Source: a virus (taxonomy: Duplodnaviria > Caudoviricetes). Taken from it: a stretch of 64,000 bases of DNA. The translations under genes and the position numbers were made by a program. This document shows positions 1 through 9,087 of this stretch, piece by piece (positions within the stretch are counted from its first letter, which is position 1; each line of letters begins with the position of its first letter). The stretch lies in the IMG/VR virus record IMGVR_UViG_3300011113_000415; one strand, given 5' to 3'. The notes beneath the pieces are model-generated. The model saw only the letters and a list, made by a program, of their open reading frames with translations. It was not told the origin of the DNA and did not search any database.

Positions 1-11
1 CACCCAAGTTT

Positions 12-476
12 GTGTTTAAAAAACAAAAACCTACCATACCAGGTTACTATAGTGTGAACTGGGGCGGTGGCAGTACATATGGTAGTCTGTATTGGAACGG
101 AGAAGCATTTGGCGAATGGGAATACGGCAAGTTTAATCCAGTAAGACAAGAGGGTGTAAAAACTTGGAGTGGTTACAACTGGGATACCAGCAGTTGGGTC
201 AATCAACCTCCTGAACCAGCGGACGTCATGTGCGACAATAAAAAATGTGGCTGGGTTGGTCGAAGTGAAGATCGTCGAGAGGATGATGACTACAACGACC
301 ATTGTCCTGCGTGTGATGGCACATCATTTACCTGGATTGATTACGACCCTAACACCAAAGAAGGTCGTAAAAATCGTGATAAGTATTGTTTAAAGTGGGA
401 TCCGGTAGTGGCACTAGAAAGAATTGTGGCACCGGTGGATGATACACAGGCCAAATGGCCAACTAATAGACCTTAA
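12..476 (+). CDS. Hypothetical protein with Cys-pair (Zn-ribbon-like) motif
   Basis: 154 aa ORF; CDNKKC...HCPACD cysteine pairs; start uncertain near window edge. Confidence 0.6.
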   Translation: MFKKQKPTIPGYYSVNWGGGSTYGSLYWNGEAFGEWEYGKFNPVRQEGVKTWSGYNWDTSSWVNQPPEPADVMCDNKKCGWVGRSEDRREDDDYNDHCPACDGTSFTWIDYDPNTKEGRKNRDKYCLKWDPVVALERIVAPVDDTQAKWPTNRP

Positions 477-487
477 AGGAGAAAACT

Positions 488-1171
488 ATGTTTACTACAA
501 CTTATAACGATACTTATCGTTCGGCAGAAGAAATCAATACTGCCATGGGCCGTGTTTACGGACACATGAGTCTAGCAGTGCTTGTGTCAATGCTTGTGAG
601 TTACTTGGTAGGTTCTAGTCCAGAGTTGCTACAGTTCTTTTTTACTGGCGTAATGAAATGGATTGTGATCTTTGCACCCTTGGCGGCCATATTTGGTGTG
701 AGCATGGTGCTGGGCAACAATCCAAGTAAACCAGTAGCACAGTTATGCCTACACGGCTTTGCGGCATTGATGGGACTGAGTTTCTCAATGATCTTTGCTG
801 TGTTTGCCATGGGATCGATTGTGAGTGCCTTCATGGGGTCAGCCATCTTGTTTGGTGTCATGAGTGGCTATGGATACTTTACCAAACGCAGTCTTGAGAG
901 TATGGGACAGTTTATGTTTATTGGTTTGATCGCCATCTGTATTGCCAGTATTGTGAACATCTTTATTGGCAGCACCGTGATGCAGATGGTGATCTCCGCA
1001 TTGGCTATCATTATCTTCTTGGGCCTTACTGCCTATGACACACAACAGATCCGCGAAGAACTCATGTACGAAACCAGCGATGCCGCGGAAGTGCGTGGTG
1101 CGCTAACGTTGTACATGGACTTTATCAACTTGTTCTTGAATTTGTTACAACTGTTCGGAGATAGGAAATAA
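488..1171 (+). CDS. Bax inhibitor-1/YccA family membrane protein
   Basis: About 7 hydrophobic segments; C-terminal GLTAYDTQ and ALTLYMDFINLFLNLL motifs; AAGGAG SD. Confidence 0.9.
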   Translation: MFTTTYNDTYRSAEEINTAMGRVYGHMSLAVLVSMLVSYLVGSSPELLQFFFTGVMKWIVIFAPLAAIFGVSMVLGNNPSKPVAQLCLHGFAALMGLSFSMIFAVFAMGSIVSAFMGSAILFGVMSGYGYFTKRSLESMGQFMFIGLIAICIASIVNIFIGSTVMQMVISALAIIIFLGLTAYDTQQIREELMYETSDAAEVRGALTLYMDFINLFLNLLQLFGDRK

Positions 1172-1173
1172 TC

Positions 1174-1557
1174 ATGGCAACTTGGGTACTAACAACACTG
1201 GAAAAGAAAAACGTCGTAGAGACTGAGTTCTGGAGCAAGGACGGAAAAACTATCAAACGCAGTACCGGCTTTCGTTGGGGCACAGTCTATTGTGAAAGCG
1301 ATGAACGGCCTGATATTGATTTAGAGAATCCTGATGGATTAGACGTATTCAATACTGACTATGACTTTGAACTAGACAACCTAGATGATGGTTGCTGGGT
1401 AGACGTTGAATATCCTGAAGACATGAGCGAAGAAGAACAAGAACGCATGGATGAACTCTGGGAAGAAGAAGGTTACGATGCCTGGGAAGGCGAAGGCTGG
1501 TCAAACGATGACACAGAGACTTGGTTCAATGGACCATTGGGATTGGAGGAGCAATGA
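1174..1557 (+). CDS. Highly acidic hypothetical protein
   Basis: 127 aa; 39 Asp/Glu by manual count. Confidence 0.75.
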   Translation: MATWVLTTLEKKNVVETEFWSKDGKTIKRSTGFRWGTVYCESDERPDIDLENPDGLDVFNTDYDFELDNLDDGCWVDVEYPEDMSEEEQERMDELWEEEGYDAWEGEGWSNDDTETWFNGPLGLEEQ

Positions 1558-1874
1558 AAACACTAAATGAAGTTTGGGCACTTGCGGAATCTTTAAACGA
1601 AGAAGCACACTCTGATGCATGGGATAGTTGGATAGCCGCCGATGAGATGGAAGAGTCGGAAGAAGATGAAGATGGCACTTCAGCAGAACAACTGCGCGAA
1701 GAAGCCAGTGATGAACAGGCTGGCTACTTTCGAGACTATTACTGGGATCTAAACGCGGAAGATCAAACAGCAATCAAGCATTGGCTTAAAGAGGATGAAT
1801 CGTTTCGAGATCAGTTTAGTACTTGGTTTGGCTACGATGCATTTGAAGAAGAGTTTGACGTAGAAGACAAATAA
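1554..1874 (+). CDS. Highly acidic hypothetical protein
   Basis: GGAGGAG SD then ATG at 1554 (ATGA overlap); 35 Asp/Glu in 106 aa. Confidence 0.75.
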   Translation: MKTLNEVWALAESLNEEAHSDAWDSWIAADEMEESEEDEDGTSAEQLREEASDEQAGYFRDYYWDLNAEDQTAIKHWLKEDESFRDQFSTWFGYDAFEEEFDVEDK

Positions 1875-1878
1875 ATTA

Positions 1879-1908
1879 TTGACACAGCCACCACTTTCCT
1901 TGTATAAT
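1879..1908 (+). promoter_or_regulatory. Sigma70-like promoter
   Basis: TTGACA (1879-84), 18 nt, TATAAT (1903-08). Confidence 0.8.
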
Positions 1909-1914
1909 GTCTAT

Positions 1915-2096
1915 GTGCATGAGCAAGGAGATTGGTGGCGATCTAATGGTGTGAGCGGGGTGATTCGATAACCCGGGCCCGACACAACCGTGGCAGGTAG
2001 ATATAATGCCCACAAGGTTGAGACACTGTCCAAGACTTAGAAATAGGTCAAAACCGACTGATACTCGGTGTATGCTCAAGTTGGAAATCACAGTGA
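1915..2096 (+). ncRNA. Candidate structured non-coding RNA or long 5' leader (family unassigned)
   Basis: Longest ORF-free gap after a consensus promoter; several complementary segments, a GAAA tetraloop hairpin and a possible pseudoknot (see findings). Confidence 0.55.
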
Positions 2097-2108
2097 AAGG
2101 AACGTTAA

Positions 2109-2435
2109 ATGTCTGTTAAAATAGAAGCCACTGATTCCATGCTTCAATCCCTTGACTCTCTTAGAACAACGGCCTTGCCCATGCACAAATTATATTTCGA
2201 ACTGTCAAGTGTTGACGCATGGTATGCCATCATGCGTGAAGCACGAGCACAGTTCGGGCAGAACTGGCGTTGTCAACGTCATGTCAAACGCAGATTGGAA
2301 CGTGCGCATATCTGGAATCCACCAGGCACCGCAGAGCGTGTTTGGTTTGAAGTGCCAGATCCTGCTTTTGGCACCTGGGTAGCCATTAAACATGCTGTAC
2401 GGGTAGTGGGTGCCCCAATAAATAAAGATCTATGA
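2109..2435 (+). CDS. Hypothetical protein (divergent member of small paralogue family)
   Basis: AAAGGA SD; C-terminal WFEVPDPAFGTWVAIKH resembles WFDIDDSAETTWLTLKY at 32227. Confidence 0.7.
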   Translation: MSVKIEATDSMLQSLDSLRTTALPMHKLYFELSSVDAWYAIMREARAQFGQNWRCQRHVKRRLERAHIWNPPGTAERVWFEVPDPAFGTWVAIKHAVRVVGAPINKDL

Positions 2436-4063
2436 TATTTGGTTTAGGTATCTTGGCCACTGCACTATTACTGAGTGTGGTGGCCGCTTACTACTCGGTA
2501 GCAGGTTTGACTGCTATCTTCTCAGCGGCCACGATACCAGTTATCATCATGGGTGCCAGTTTGGAACTAGGCAAAATTGTGGCCACAGTATGGTTGCACA
2601 ACAACTGGAAACGTGCCGGCATCATATTCAAACTGTATCTCATACCCGCGGTAGCATTTCTCATGCTACTGACTTCCATGGGTATCTTTGGATATCTCTC
2701 CAAAGCACACTCAGACCAAAGCCTGGTGTCGGGTGATGCTGTGGCCAAGGTTGCCATCTATGATGAAAAGATCAAGATATCCAAAGAAAACATAGATGCC
2801 AACCGTCGCGCTCTCAAACAAATGGACGAAGCCGTTGATCAGGTCATGGGCCGATCAACTGATGAAAAAGGTGCCGACAAGGCCGTGGCCATTCGCAGAA
2901 GCCAGCAACGCGAACGTGCCAGAATGTTGGCCGAAATTGAAACTGAACAGAAAAAGATAACCAGCCTAAACGAAGAACGAGCACCACTTGCGGCCGAATT
3001 CCGCAAGGTTGAGTCGGAAGTGGGTCCAATCAAATACATTGCGGCCTTGGTTTATGGCGACAATCCAGATCAAAACATACTTGAACGAGCGGTACGACTG
3101 GTCATCATCATGATTGTGCTGGTGTTTGATCCACTGGCCCTGACTCTGATTTTGGCTGCCAACAAACAGTTTGAGTGGGCACGACAAGGCACAGGAGGGT
3201 TCATACACGATGATCCCCCACCCCAGTATCCACCAGATGATGGCCCACTCACTGAAGATCAACTAGATCAAATACAAGCCAGTGCGGATCCACATCCACC
3301 CGGTTGGATGTTTAGAGATGATGCGGTCCAACCCGAGCCACCACCACCGCCCGACGATCCTATACCTTGTTACAAATGTGGCACACCTTTGGTAGACGCT
3401 CCCGGCATAGGCCTGTTCTGCCCTAACAAATCCTGTGATGTGATTGACAATGTGTCAGGAGAAGAGCCTGTTGAATTAACGGCACCAGTTAACTATCAAT
3501 TTTTGGATGAGCATCATGAACCAGACCTTCATGTGTATAATGACGAACGCTTGGTCAGTCGCTTTGACAAAATTCAAAGCGCGGAACGTCCAGGCGATTA
3601 TTTGACACCACCTGATGAAGAAACTGATGCTGAAAAAGAAGCCAAACGTCAATGGAAAAGTAAACATCCTGGCGAGACTGTGAAAGAACAAAGACGACTG
3701 CATGAAACAGGTGCAATCAACAGTTTGCCTTGGCAGGACTATATAAATCTGCAGGCCGACAATGACGGCATGCTGTTGAAGACGGGTCAATTGAAAGGCT
3801 TTGGAATTCGTTTCCCTGACAATCCTGTCAAGGGAGATTCATTCATTAGAGTGGATCAATTGCCCAGTGCTTTGTACAAGTACAATGGCATGAAATGGAT
3901 TGAAGTTGACAAAGGTCTCAGTGATCAATATGCCTATGACACAGCCTATATAGATCACTTAATTGACAAACTAACAACAGGCGAGTACGATCCTGAATTG
4001 CTGAATGACGCAGAAAGAGAACAAGTGGCACAACGCTTACAAAACAATACCAAGGGTGCATGA
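2432..4063 (+). CDS. Membrane-anchored coiled-coil protein with Zn-ribbon
   Basis: 3-4 N-terminal TM segments, coiled coil, further TM, Pro-rich linker, CYKC...CPNKSC. Confidence 0.75.
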   Translation: MIFGLGILATALLLSVVAAYYSVAGLTAIFSAATIPVIIMGASLELGKIVATVWLHNNWKRAGIIFKLYLIPAVAFLMLLTSMGIFGYLSKAHSDQSLVSGDAVAKVAIYDEKIKISKENIDANRRALKQMDEAVDQVMGRSTDEKGADKAVAIRRSQQRERARMLAEIETEQKKITSLNEERAPLAAEFRKVESEVGPIKYIAALVYGDNPDQNILERAVRLVIIMIVLVFDPLALTLILAANKQFEWARQGTGGFIHDDPPPQYPPDDGPLTEDQLDQIQASADPHPPGWMFRDDAVQPEPPPPPDDPIPCYKCGTPLVDAPGIGLFCPNKSCDVIDNVSGEEPVELTAPVNYQFLDEHHEPDLHVYNDERLVSRFDKIQSAERPGDYLTPPDEETDAEKEAKRQWKSKHPGETVKEQRRLHETGAINSLPWQDYINLQADNDGMLLKTGQLKGFGIRFPDNPVKGDSFIRVDQLPSALYKYNGMKWIEVDKGLSDQYAYDTAYIDHLIDKLTTGEYDPELLNDAEREQVAQRLQNNTKGA

Positions 4064-5271
4064 TGGCATCTGATTTGCACAACACCTGCAGTTTTTGCGG
4101 CAAACACAAAGACTCAGTCAAAAAACTCATAGTAGGCGAAAAAGTAGGCATCTGCAATGAGTGTGTGGATTTTTGTCAAGGTTTGTTGATTGATGATTCT
4201 CCAAGATCCACAGATGCTGAACAGACACAACCAAGAAAACTGGACCCCATAGCACTCAAACAATATCTAGATCAGTATGTGATTGGCCAAGATTCAGCCA
4301 AGATCATGTTGAGTGTGGCCATTGTAAATCACTACAAGCGCATCAACAAAACTACTACAGAACCCGAACTGGAAAAGGCCAATGTGCTCATGTTGGGCCC
4401 CACAGGTTCAGGCAAGACCTTGTTGGCCAAATCAGTGGCACGCTATCTCGATGTGCCGTTTGCCATTGCTGATGCCACCAGCATAACCGAAGCAGGTTAT
4501 GTGGGCGACGATGTAGAAAGTTTGATCACCAGATTGTACACAGCCGCTGATGGAGATGTAAACAGAACACAACGTGGCATTGTGTTTGTGGACGAAATTG
4601 ACAAGATTGCTCGCAAAGGTGAAAGCACTTCAATCACAAGAGATGTATCAGGAGAAGGTGTACAACAAGCCTTGCTGAAAATGGTGGAAGGCACTGTGTG
4701 TCGCATACCAGCCGGAGGTGGCCGCAAACACCCATCCGGAGACATGATTGAAATTGATACTAGAAATATCTTGTTCATTGCCGGCGGTGCGTTTGTAGGC
4801 TTGGACTCAATTGTTAAGAATCGTGTGCAAGGAACTTCAATTGGATTTGGTGCTCGAGTAGAAAGTGATTCAAATGCTGACCTTGTGTTGACCACGCCTG
4901 ATGACTTGGTCAAGTATGGCATGATTCCCGAGTTCGTGGGACGTTTTCCCAACTGGGTCAGTTTGCAAGAACTCACCAAACAGGATCTTGTACACATTTT
5001 AACTGAGGTCAAAAACAACTATATCGAGCAGTACCAATGGCTATTTGCTGAAGATGGCGTCGAATTGCAATTCTCAAACGATGCTTTAGATACCATTGCT
5101 GAACGCACACTTGAAAGCCGAACAGGTGCTCGAGGACTACACAGCGAACTGGAACGTGTGCTGATGCCACACATGTACAATCTCAAACGCTATTCTGGAA
5201 TGGGAATAAAGTGCGTACAAATTGATCCTGTTTTGGTAAATATTCCTACAGCACTAGAAGGAACAAATTGA
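4060..5271 (+). CDS. clpX: ATP-dependent Clp protease ATP-binding subunit ClpX
   Basis: CSFCGK...CNECV zinc domain; GPTGSGKT Walker A; FVDEIDK Walker B; [14 protein letters not shown]. Confidence 0.97.
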   Translation: MMASDLHNTCSFCGKHKDSVKKLIVGEKVGICNECVDFCQGLLIDDSPRSTDAEQTQPRKLDPIALKQYLDQYVIGQDSAKIMLSVAIVNHYKRINKTTTEPELEKANVLMLGPTGSGKTLLAKSVARYLDVPFAIADATSITEAGYVGDDVESLITRLYTAADGDVNRTQRGIVFVDEIDKIARKGESTSITRDVSGEGVQQALLKMVEGTVCRIPAGGGRKHPSGDMIEIDTRNILFIAGGAFVGLDSIVKNRVQGTSIGFGARVESDSNADLVLTTPDDLVKYGMIPEFVGRFPNWVSLQELTKQDLVHILTEVKNNYIEQYQWLFAEDGVELQFSNDALDTIAERTLESRTGARGLHSELERVLMPHMYNLKRYSGMGIKCVQIDPVLVNIPTALEGTN

Positions 5272-5489
5272 AACTACACGGAAGATCAGTACTGGTACAA
5301 GATGGCAACGTTGAGCGAGCCCTGCGTAAATTCAAAAAGAAAATTGCAGAATCCAATCTCATAAACGATCTGCGCGACAGAGAATTTTACGAAAAACCCA
5401 CTACCACACGCAAACGCAAAAAGTCAGCGGCTCGAAATCGCTGGCGCAAAAAACTGGCAGAGCAACAACTGCCCCGAAAACTCTACTGA
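5268..5489 (+). CDS. rpsU: Ribosomal protein bS21
   Basis: [12 protein letters not shown]...[21 protein letters not shown]; TTG start. Confidence 0.92.
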   Translation: MKLHGRSVLVQDGNVERALRKFKKKIAESNLINDLRDREFYEKPTTTRKRKKSAARNRWRKKLAEQQLPRKLY

Positions 5490-5746
5490 TGTTTATCGAA
5501 TTCCAACTGCCCACTGGTTCTGCCGGTATGGCAGCAGGGATGGCCCTACAAAGAATACGTCGAGAACTCAAGTCCTGGAGTGATCGCTACGATATTGCCT
5601 ACACCAGCAAAACCGTAAAATACACACATCGAGTGTGTTTTGATTCGGACAGCCTGTACGATTTTTTTGTAATGAGTTGGAATCCCAAAGGCATTGATTA
5701 TTTGAATAGATATGTGGTTGTATCTGACCGAAATAATAGACCATAA
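5489..5746 (+). CDS. Small hypothetical protein (F-x-M-x-W paralogue family)
   Basis: RVCFDSDSLYDFFVMSW motif. Confidence 0.65.
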   Translation: MFIEFQLPTGSAGMAAGMALQRIRRELKSWSDRYDIAYTSKTVKYTHRVCFDSDSLYDFFVMSWNPKGIDYLNRYVVVSDRNNRP

Positions 5747-5759
5747 ATGAGATTTCGTG

Positions 5760-5767
5760 TATAAATA
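5760..5767 (+). promoter_or_regulatory. T4-type late promoter
   Basis: TATAAATA upstream of the hsp20 leader. Confidence 0.7.
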
Positions 5768-5771
5768 ACAT

Positions 5772-5823
5772 TGTAAGACGCCGATGGTCGGGTTTTACAT
5801 AGTCATAACTTGCTTAATAGGAG
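5772..5823 (+). promoter_or_regulatory. ROSE-like RNA thermometer leader
   Basis: Bulged-G hairpin (5772-5799), then CTTGCT-TAAT-AGGAG: U(U/C)GCU motif pairing with the SD. Confidence 0.6.
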
Positions 5824-5829
5824 AAAAAC

Positions 5830-6261
5830 ATGACAAAAATCACATCTTTAGATCTCACCCCTTTCTACCGTAACACAATTGGCATGGACCGCCTGTTTGA
5901 CAGGATTGTCAGTCAATTTGATCATGCTACGCAGACCAACTATCCACCCTATGACATTGTCAAAACAGGGGACGACAGTTATGAAATTCGTGTGGCAGTG
6001 GCCGGCTTTGGCCAAGGTGAAGTTGACGTGACTTTCCATGAAGGTCAGTTGGTTATCACTGGCGAAAAGCGCACGGAAGAAAATGTCAACTATCTACATC
6101 ACGGCATCAGTGCTAGAAAATTTACACGCAGTTTTCAACTGGCAGAGTATGTGGAAGTTAAATCAGCAATTGCCCAGGATGGCATTCTCACAGTGTGTTT
6201 AGAACGCACGGTGCCCGAAACAGCCAAGCCTAAAACTATTGCTATCACCTACACTTCCTAA
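5830..6261 (+). CDS. ibpA: Small heat shock protein Hsp20 (IbpA-like)
   Basis: TNYPPYDIVK, EIRVAVAGF, YLHHGISARKFTRSFQLAEYVEV, DGIL. Confidence 0.95.
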   Translation: MTKITSLDLTPFYRNTIGMDRLFDRIVSQFDHATQTNYPPYDIVKTGDDSYEIRVAVAGFGQGEVDVTFHEGQLVITGEKRTEENVNYLHHGISARKFTRSFQLAEYVEVKSAIAQDGILTVCLERTVPETAKPKTIAITYTS

Positions 6262-6320
6262 TATAATTGTGTAAATACAGTAGCGGGACTGTCCCGCTAC
6301 TGAATCAACAAGGATCATTT

Positions 6321-6629
6321 ATGTCGCAAGCAGAAACAGTTGTAGCCACAAGAACACGAACTTCAGTTAAAGAACCCTGTTTATATCGGGTTATCTATCT
6401 CAATGACAACACAACCACCATGGAATTTGTGGTAGAAACCTTGATAGAATTCTTTGGATACACAGAAGAAACAGCCGCACAGATCACAGTTGACATACAC
6501 GATGCAGGATCAGCCACTGTGGCAGTGTTGCCATATGAGATTGCCGAACAAAAAGGTGGAGAAGTTACACTCAGTGCTAGATCACAGAACTTTCCGCTTC
6601 AGGTCAGAATCGAGCCCGACACAGCCTAG
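6321..6629 (+). CDS. clpS: Clp protease adaptor ClpS
   Basis: YRVIYLNDNTTTMEFVVETL...VDIHDAGSATV...YEIAE; AAGGA SD before ATG 6321. Confidence 0.93.
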   Translation: MSQAETVVATRTRTSVKEPCLYRVIYLNDNTTTMEFVVETLIEFFGYTEETAAQITVDIHDAGSATVAVLPYEIAEQKGGEVTLSARSQNFPLQVRIEPDTA

Positions 6630-7433
6630 TCACCAGGCAATTTCAATGCGTTTGGGGTAGTACACATGGTTGCGATGCGGAGTGTCTCCGCGACCGCGAC
6701 AGTTGTTCACGTAACGTATGTTGTTCAGAACTCGATCCACGGAACCATGATAATGTCCAAAACACCAGGTATGAATTTTGCGTTCTGTATCATTGGTATG
6801 CACCATGTGCATGAGTCTGTTGCCCATGGCGTTGAAATGATAATTTCCTGCTAGATCTATATCATGCTGTATCAACTGGGCTTCAGGTACTGTATGAGTC
6901 ACAATTACAATTTTTTTCACATCTTGATGAGTTTGTAGTCTTTGCACACTGCTTACCAAATAAGCCGCATCTGTTCTACTGGCATCGAGAATCCTTTGTG
7001 TATCTACTGTGATCTCAGGGTGATGTGCTTCATAACGATTTTTCATCCATTGTTGTGAACCTTCCAGATCTAAATTTTCGTCTAGATCAAAACCCCACCA
7101 GCCATTGGTTCCCAGAATAGCCACACCATCAATCACAACAACATTTTCTTGTAGATAAGTTACTCTTGGTATTCTGCGTATGGCCTGATTCAATCGTGCA
7201 TAACTGGCGCCAAGATCGTCCAGTTGAAACCGATGCTCATCGTTGCCATCTATGTAAAATACTGCGGCATAACACTCAGAAACATGTTTCAGAAACTTCC
7301 TCACTTGAGCATGATCTCGGGCAATATCCCCGGCTACCACGCACACAGGACTGGTGGCCTGACCAGAAAAGTTCAGTTCATCGTTCCAGGTTTCCAAATG
7401 CAAATCGGAAATTAAATCAAATGCCATTGTCAT
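6630..7433 (-). CDS. Calcineurin-like metallophosphoesterase
   Basis: ISDLHLE, AGDI, GNDEH, THT, FGHYH motifs. Confidence 0.85.
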   Translation of the reverse strand: MTMAFDLISDLHLETWNDELNFSGQATSPVCVVAGDIARDHAQVRKFLKHVSECYAAVFYIDGNDEHRFQLDDLGASYARLNQAIRRIPRVTYLQENVVVIDGVAILGTNGWWGFDLDENLDLEGSQQWMKNRYEAHHPEITVDTQRILDASRTDAAYLVSSVQRLQTHQDVKKIVIVTHTVPEAQLIQHDIDLAGNYHFNAMGNRLMHMVHTNDTERKIHTWCFGHYHGSVDRVLNNIRYVNNCRGRGDTPHRNHVYYPKRIEIAW

Positions 7434-7457
7434 GATACATATTTAAAAGGAAATGCA

Positions 7458-7826
7458 ATGAACATAATATTTGGATTAGATTCGGTAAAGCCGCTCGAAG
7501 AACGTTACACTGTACTGGAATTAGACACCTTTAATTTACTGCCAACCAATGAGGTAATCACTGCCTACTGTCTGGTAGAAACAATACCCTTAGAAGAAAT
7601 GCCGGCGATTGAGAGTCTCAAACAACAACATCAAAATCTCATGGCCGAATACAAAAAACAGAACTGGCGCTACTGTGAAGATGCCATTGCACATTTAACT
7701 GGCAAATGGGGCGGTGAAGTAAACAGTTTTTACGCTGAATTGTATCAGCGTATACAAACTCTCAAACAAGAGAATCTTCCCGAGAACTGGACTGGTCGTG
7801 TTGATAAGATTGTCGAAGTTGTCTAG
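7458..7826 (+). CDS. Hypothetical protein
   Basis: 122 aa ORF with AAAGGA SD. Confidence 0.7.
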   Translation: MNIIFGLDSVKPLEERYTVLELDTFNLLPTNEVITAYCLVETIPLEEMPAIESLKQQHQNLMAEYKKQNWRYCEDAIAHLTGKWGGEVNSFYAELYQRIQTLKQENLPENWTGRVDKIVEVV

Positions 7827-9087
7827 CAAATTTGGTATACTCACGCCGTAGTTTGATTTTATCTGTCAATTTGTATTTTTTTACAAGTTTTAAAAATTCA
7901 AAATAATGTTTACATCGAGATTTTGTCACTTGATTATATGCGGCGTGCAAGTTATTTTTTAACTCACAGTCAATAGAATCCCAAAACTTTTGACTGAAAA
8001 AATGTTTTTTATTAAAGTCGGCAATCTTTTTTGTGTTTTGATAAAAGTTTTCGGCCTGTCTTCCTTGTAAATTTTGTATCTGTTTCATAGCATTTAGGAT
8101 TTTTCCTAGACGTTCAAAAGAATTTTGTTCCAAGTCATAAGATTCGTCTATCCAAGGAGCAAATGTTTTGAATCCGTAATCTCTAAGATATTGCAATGAT
8201 CCAGGACCTGCGGCTAGAATAAAAGGATGACCGCAGGCAATGGCCCTTAACGTTTTTTCAGTAAGGTGCACTCTGCTATCATCAAATACTGTTTCTAAAA
8301 TTACACTTATCTCGGTTGAAATGTAATCACTATAAACATACTCAGAACTTTGAGTACTTGAATACTGATTGTTTGGAATTTTGTCAATTAATTCGGGCTG
8401 TGTTAGATTAAAGGCAGCATTTGCAAATTTGTGCTGAGTGTAATGCACATTATCACTATTAGTGTGCATAATGCTGGTCTGACTTTGAGTATCAAGGCCA
8501 TTGGCTACCAACATCTCTAAAAATTTTAATCTATATTCTCTACGATGACTCCAATCTCTGCAATATATTAAAAATTTCTTTTTTGGAGTACATCTGATGT
8601 TTAATCTAAGGTCATGTTCGGCAAATCTATACCAGTCTCTTGCAATTATTGCATGAGCCCAATAGTACACATCAATAAATCCGTGTTTTTGATATTGAAT
8701 CAAGTCATTTGAATTTTTTTCTGAATGAATAATAATAGCATTATCATAATGTGCGCTGTAAGCCAATAATCTAGATAGCAAATTAAAACTTGCGCTGTAT
8801 TTTAATTTTATTTCGTAAATCGGTGAATCTTTCCAGTCTTTCCAGGGATTTTTCCATTTTTTTGATTCTAAATATATCTGCGGATCATTGTAAAAATTCC
8901 AATCCAATGGTTCTTGATCATGGGCAATTATACCTGGATACTGCCAGTATGCACTAAGGTCATAATCATATAACCAATCTAAATTAGAAATTTTTTTACT
9001 TCCGTGTGGAGAGAATACATAAACTAATGCTGGACCGGGCAACATGTTTGAAATCCAGTGGTATAGATTATCTAAAGGAACGCTCAT
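7762..9087 (-). CDS. Putative glycosyltransferase-like protein (paralogue of 23984 and 25012)
   Basis: ETVF...HLTEKTLRAIACGHPFIL...GFKTF..WIDESYD motif; AT-rich; start MSVPLD at 9087 inferred. Confidence 0.6.
   Translation of the reverse strand: MSVPLDNLYHWISNMLPGPALVYVFSPHGSKKISNLDWLYDYDLSAYWQYPGIIAHDQEPLDWNFYNDPQIYLESKKWKNPWKDWKDSPIYEIKLKYSASFNLLSRLLAYSAHYDNAIIIHSEKNSNDLIQYQKHGFIDVYYWAHAIIARDWYRFAEHDLRLNIRCTPKKKFLIYCRDWSHRREYRLKFLEMLVANGLDTQSQTSIMHTNSDNVHYTQHKFANAAFNLTQPELIDKIPNNQYSSTQSSEYVYSDYISTEISVILETVFDDSRVHLTEKTLRAIACGHPFILAAGPGSLQYLRDYGFKTFAPWIDESYDLEQNSFERLGKILNAMKQIQNLQGRQAENFYQNTKKIADFNKKHFFSQKFWDSIDCELKNNLHAAYNQVTKSRCKHYFEFLKLVKKYKLTDKIKLRREYTKFARQLRQSYQHDQSSSREDSLV

Noticed and set aside
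1554-1589. MKTLNEVWALAE as a capsid-targeting peptide
   Set aside because: Resembles the T4 signal, but the gene is SD-led within an operon with no late promoter; likely coincidental
1996-2030. Group I intron S/R-like words (AGATATAATGCC, TTGAGACACT)
   Set aside because: Wrong order, weak match and no interrupted gene
2053-2069. Hammerhead ribozyme core suggested by CTGAT
   Set aside because: Sequence is CTGATAC, not CTGANGA, and the required GAAA geometry is missing
4497-5018. 173 aa minus-strand ORF
   Set aside because: Shadow of clpX
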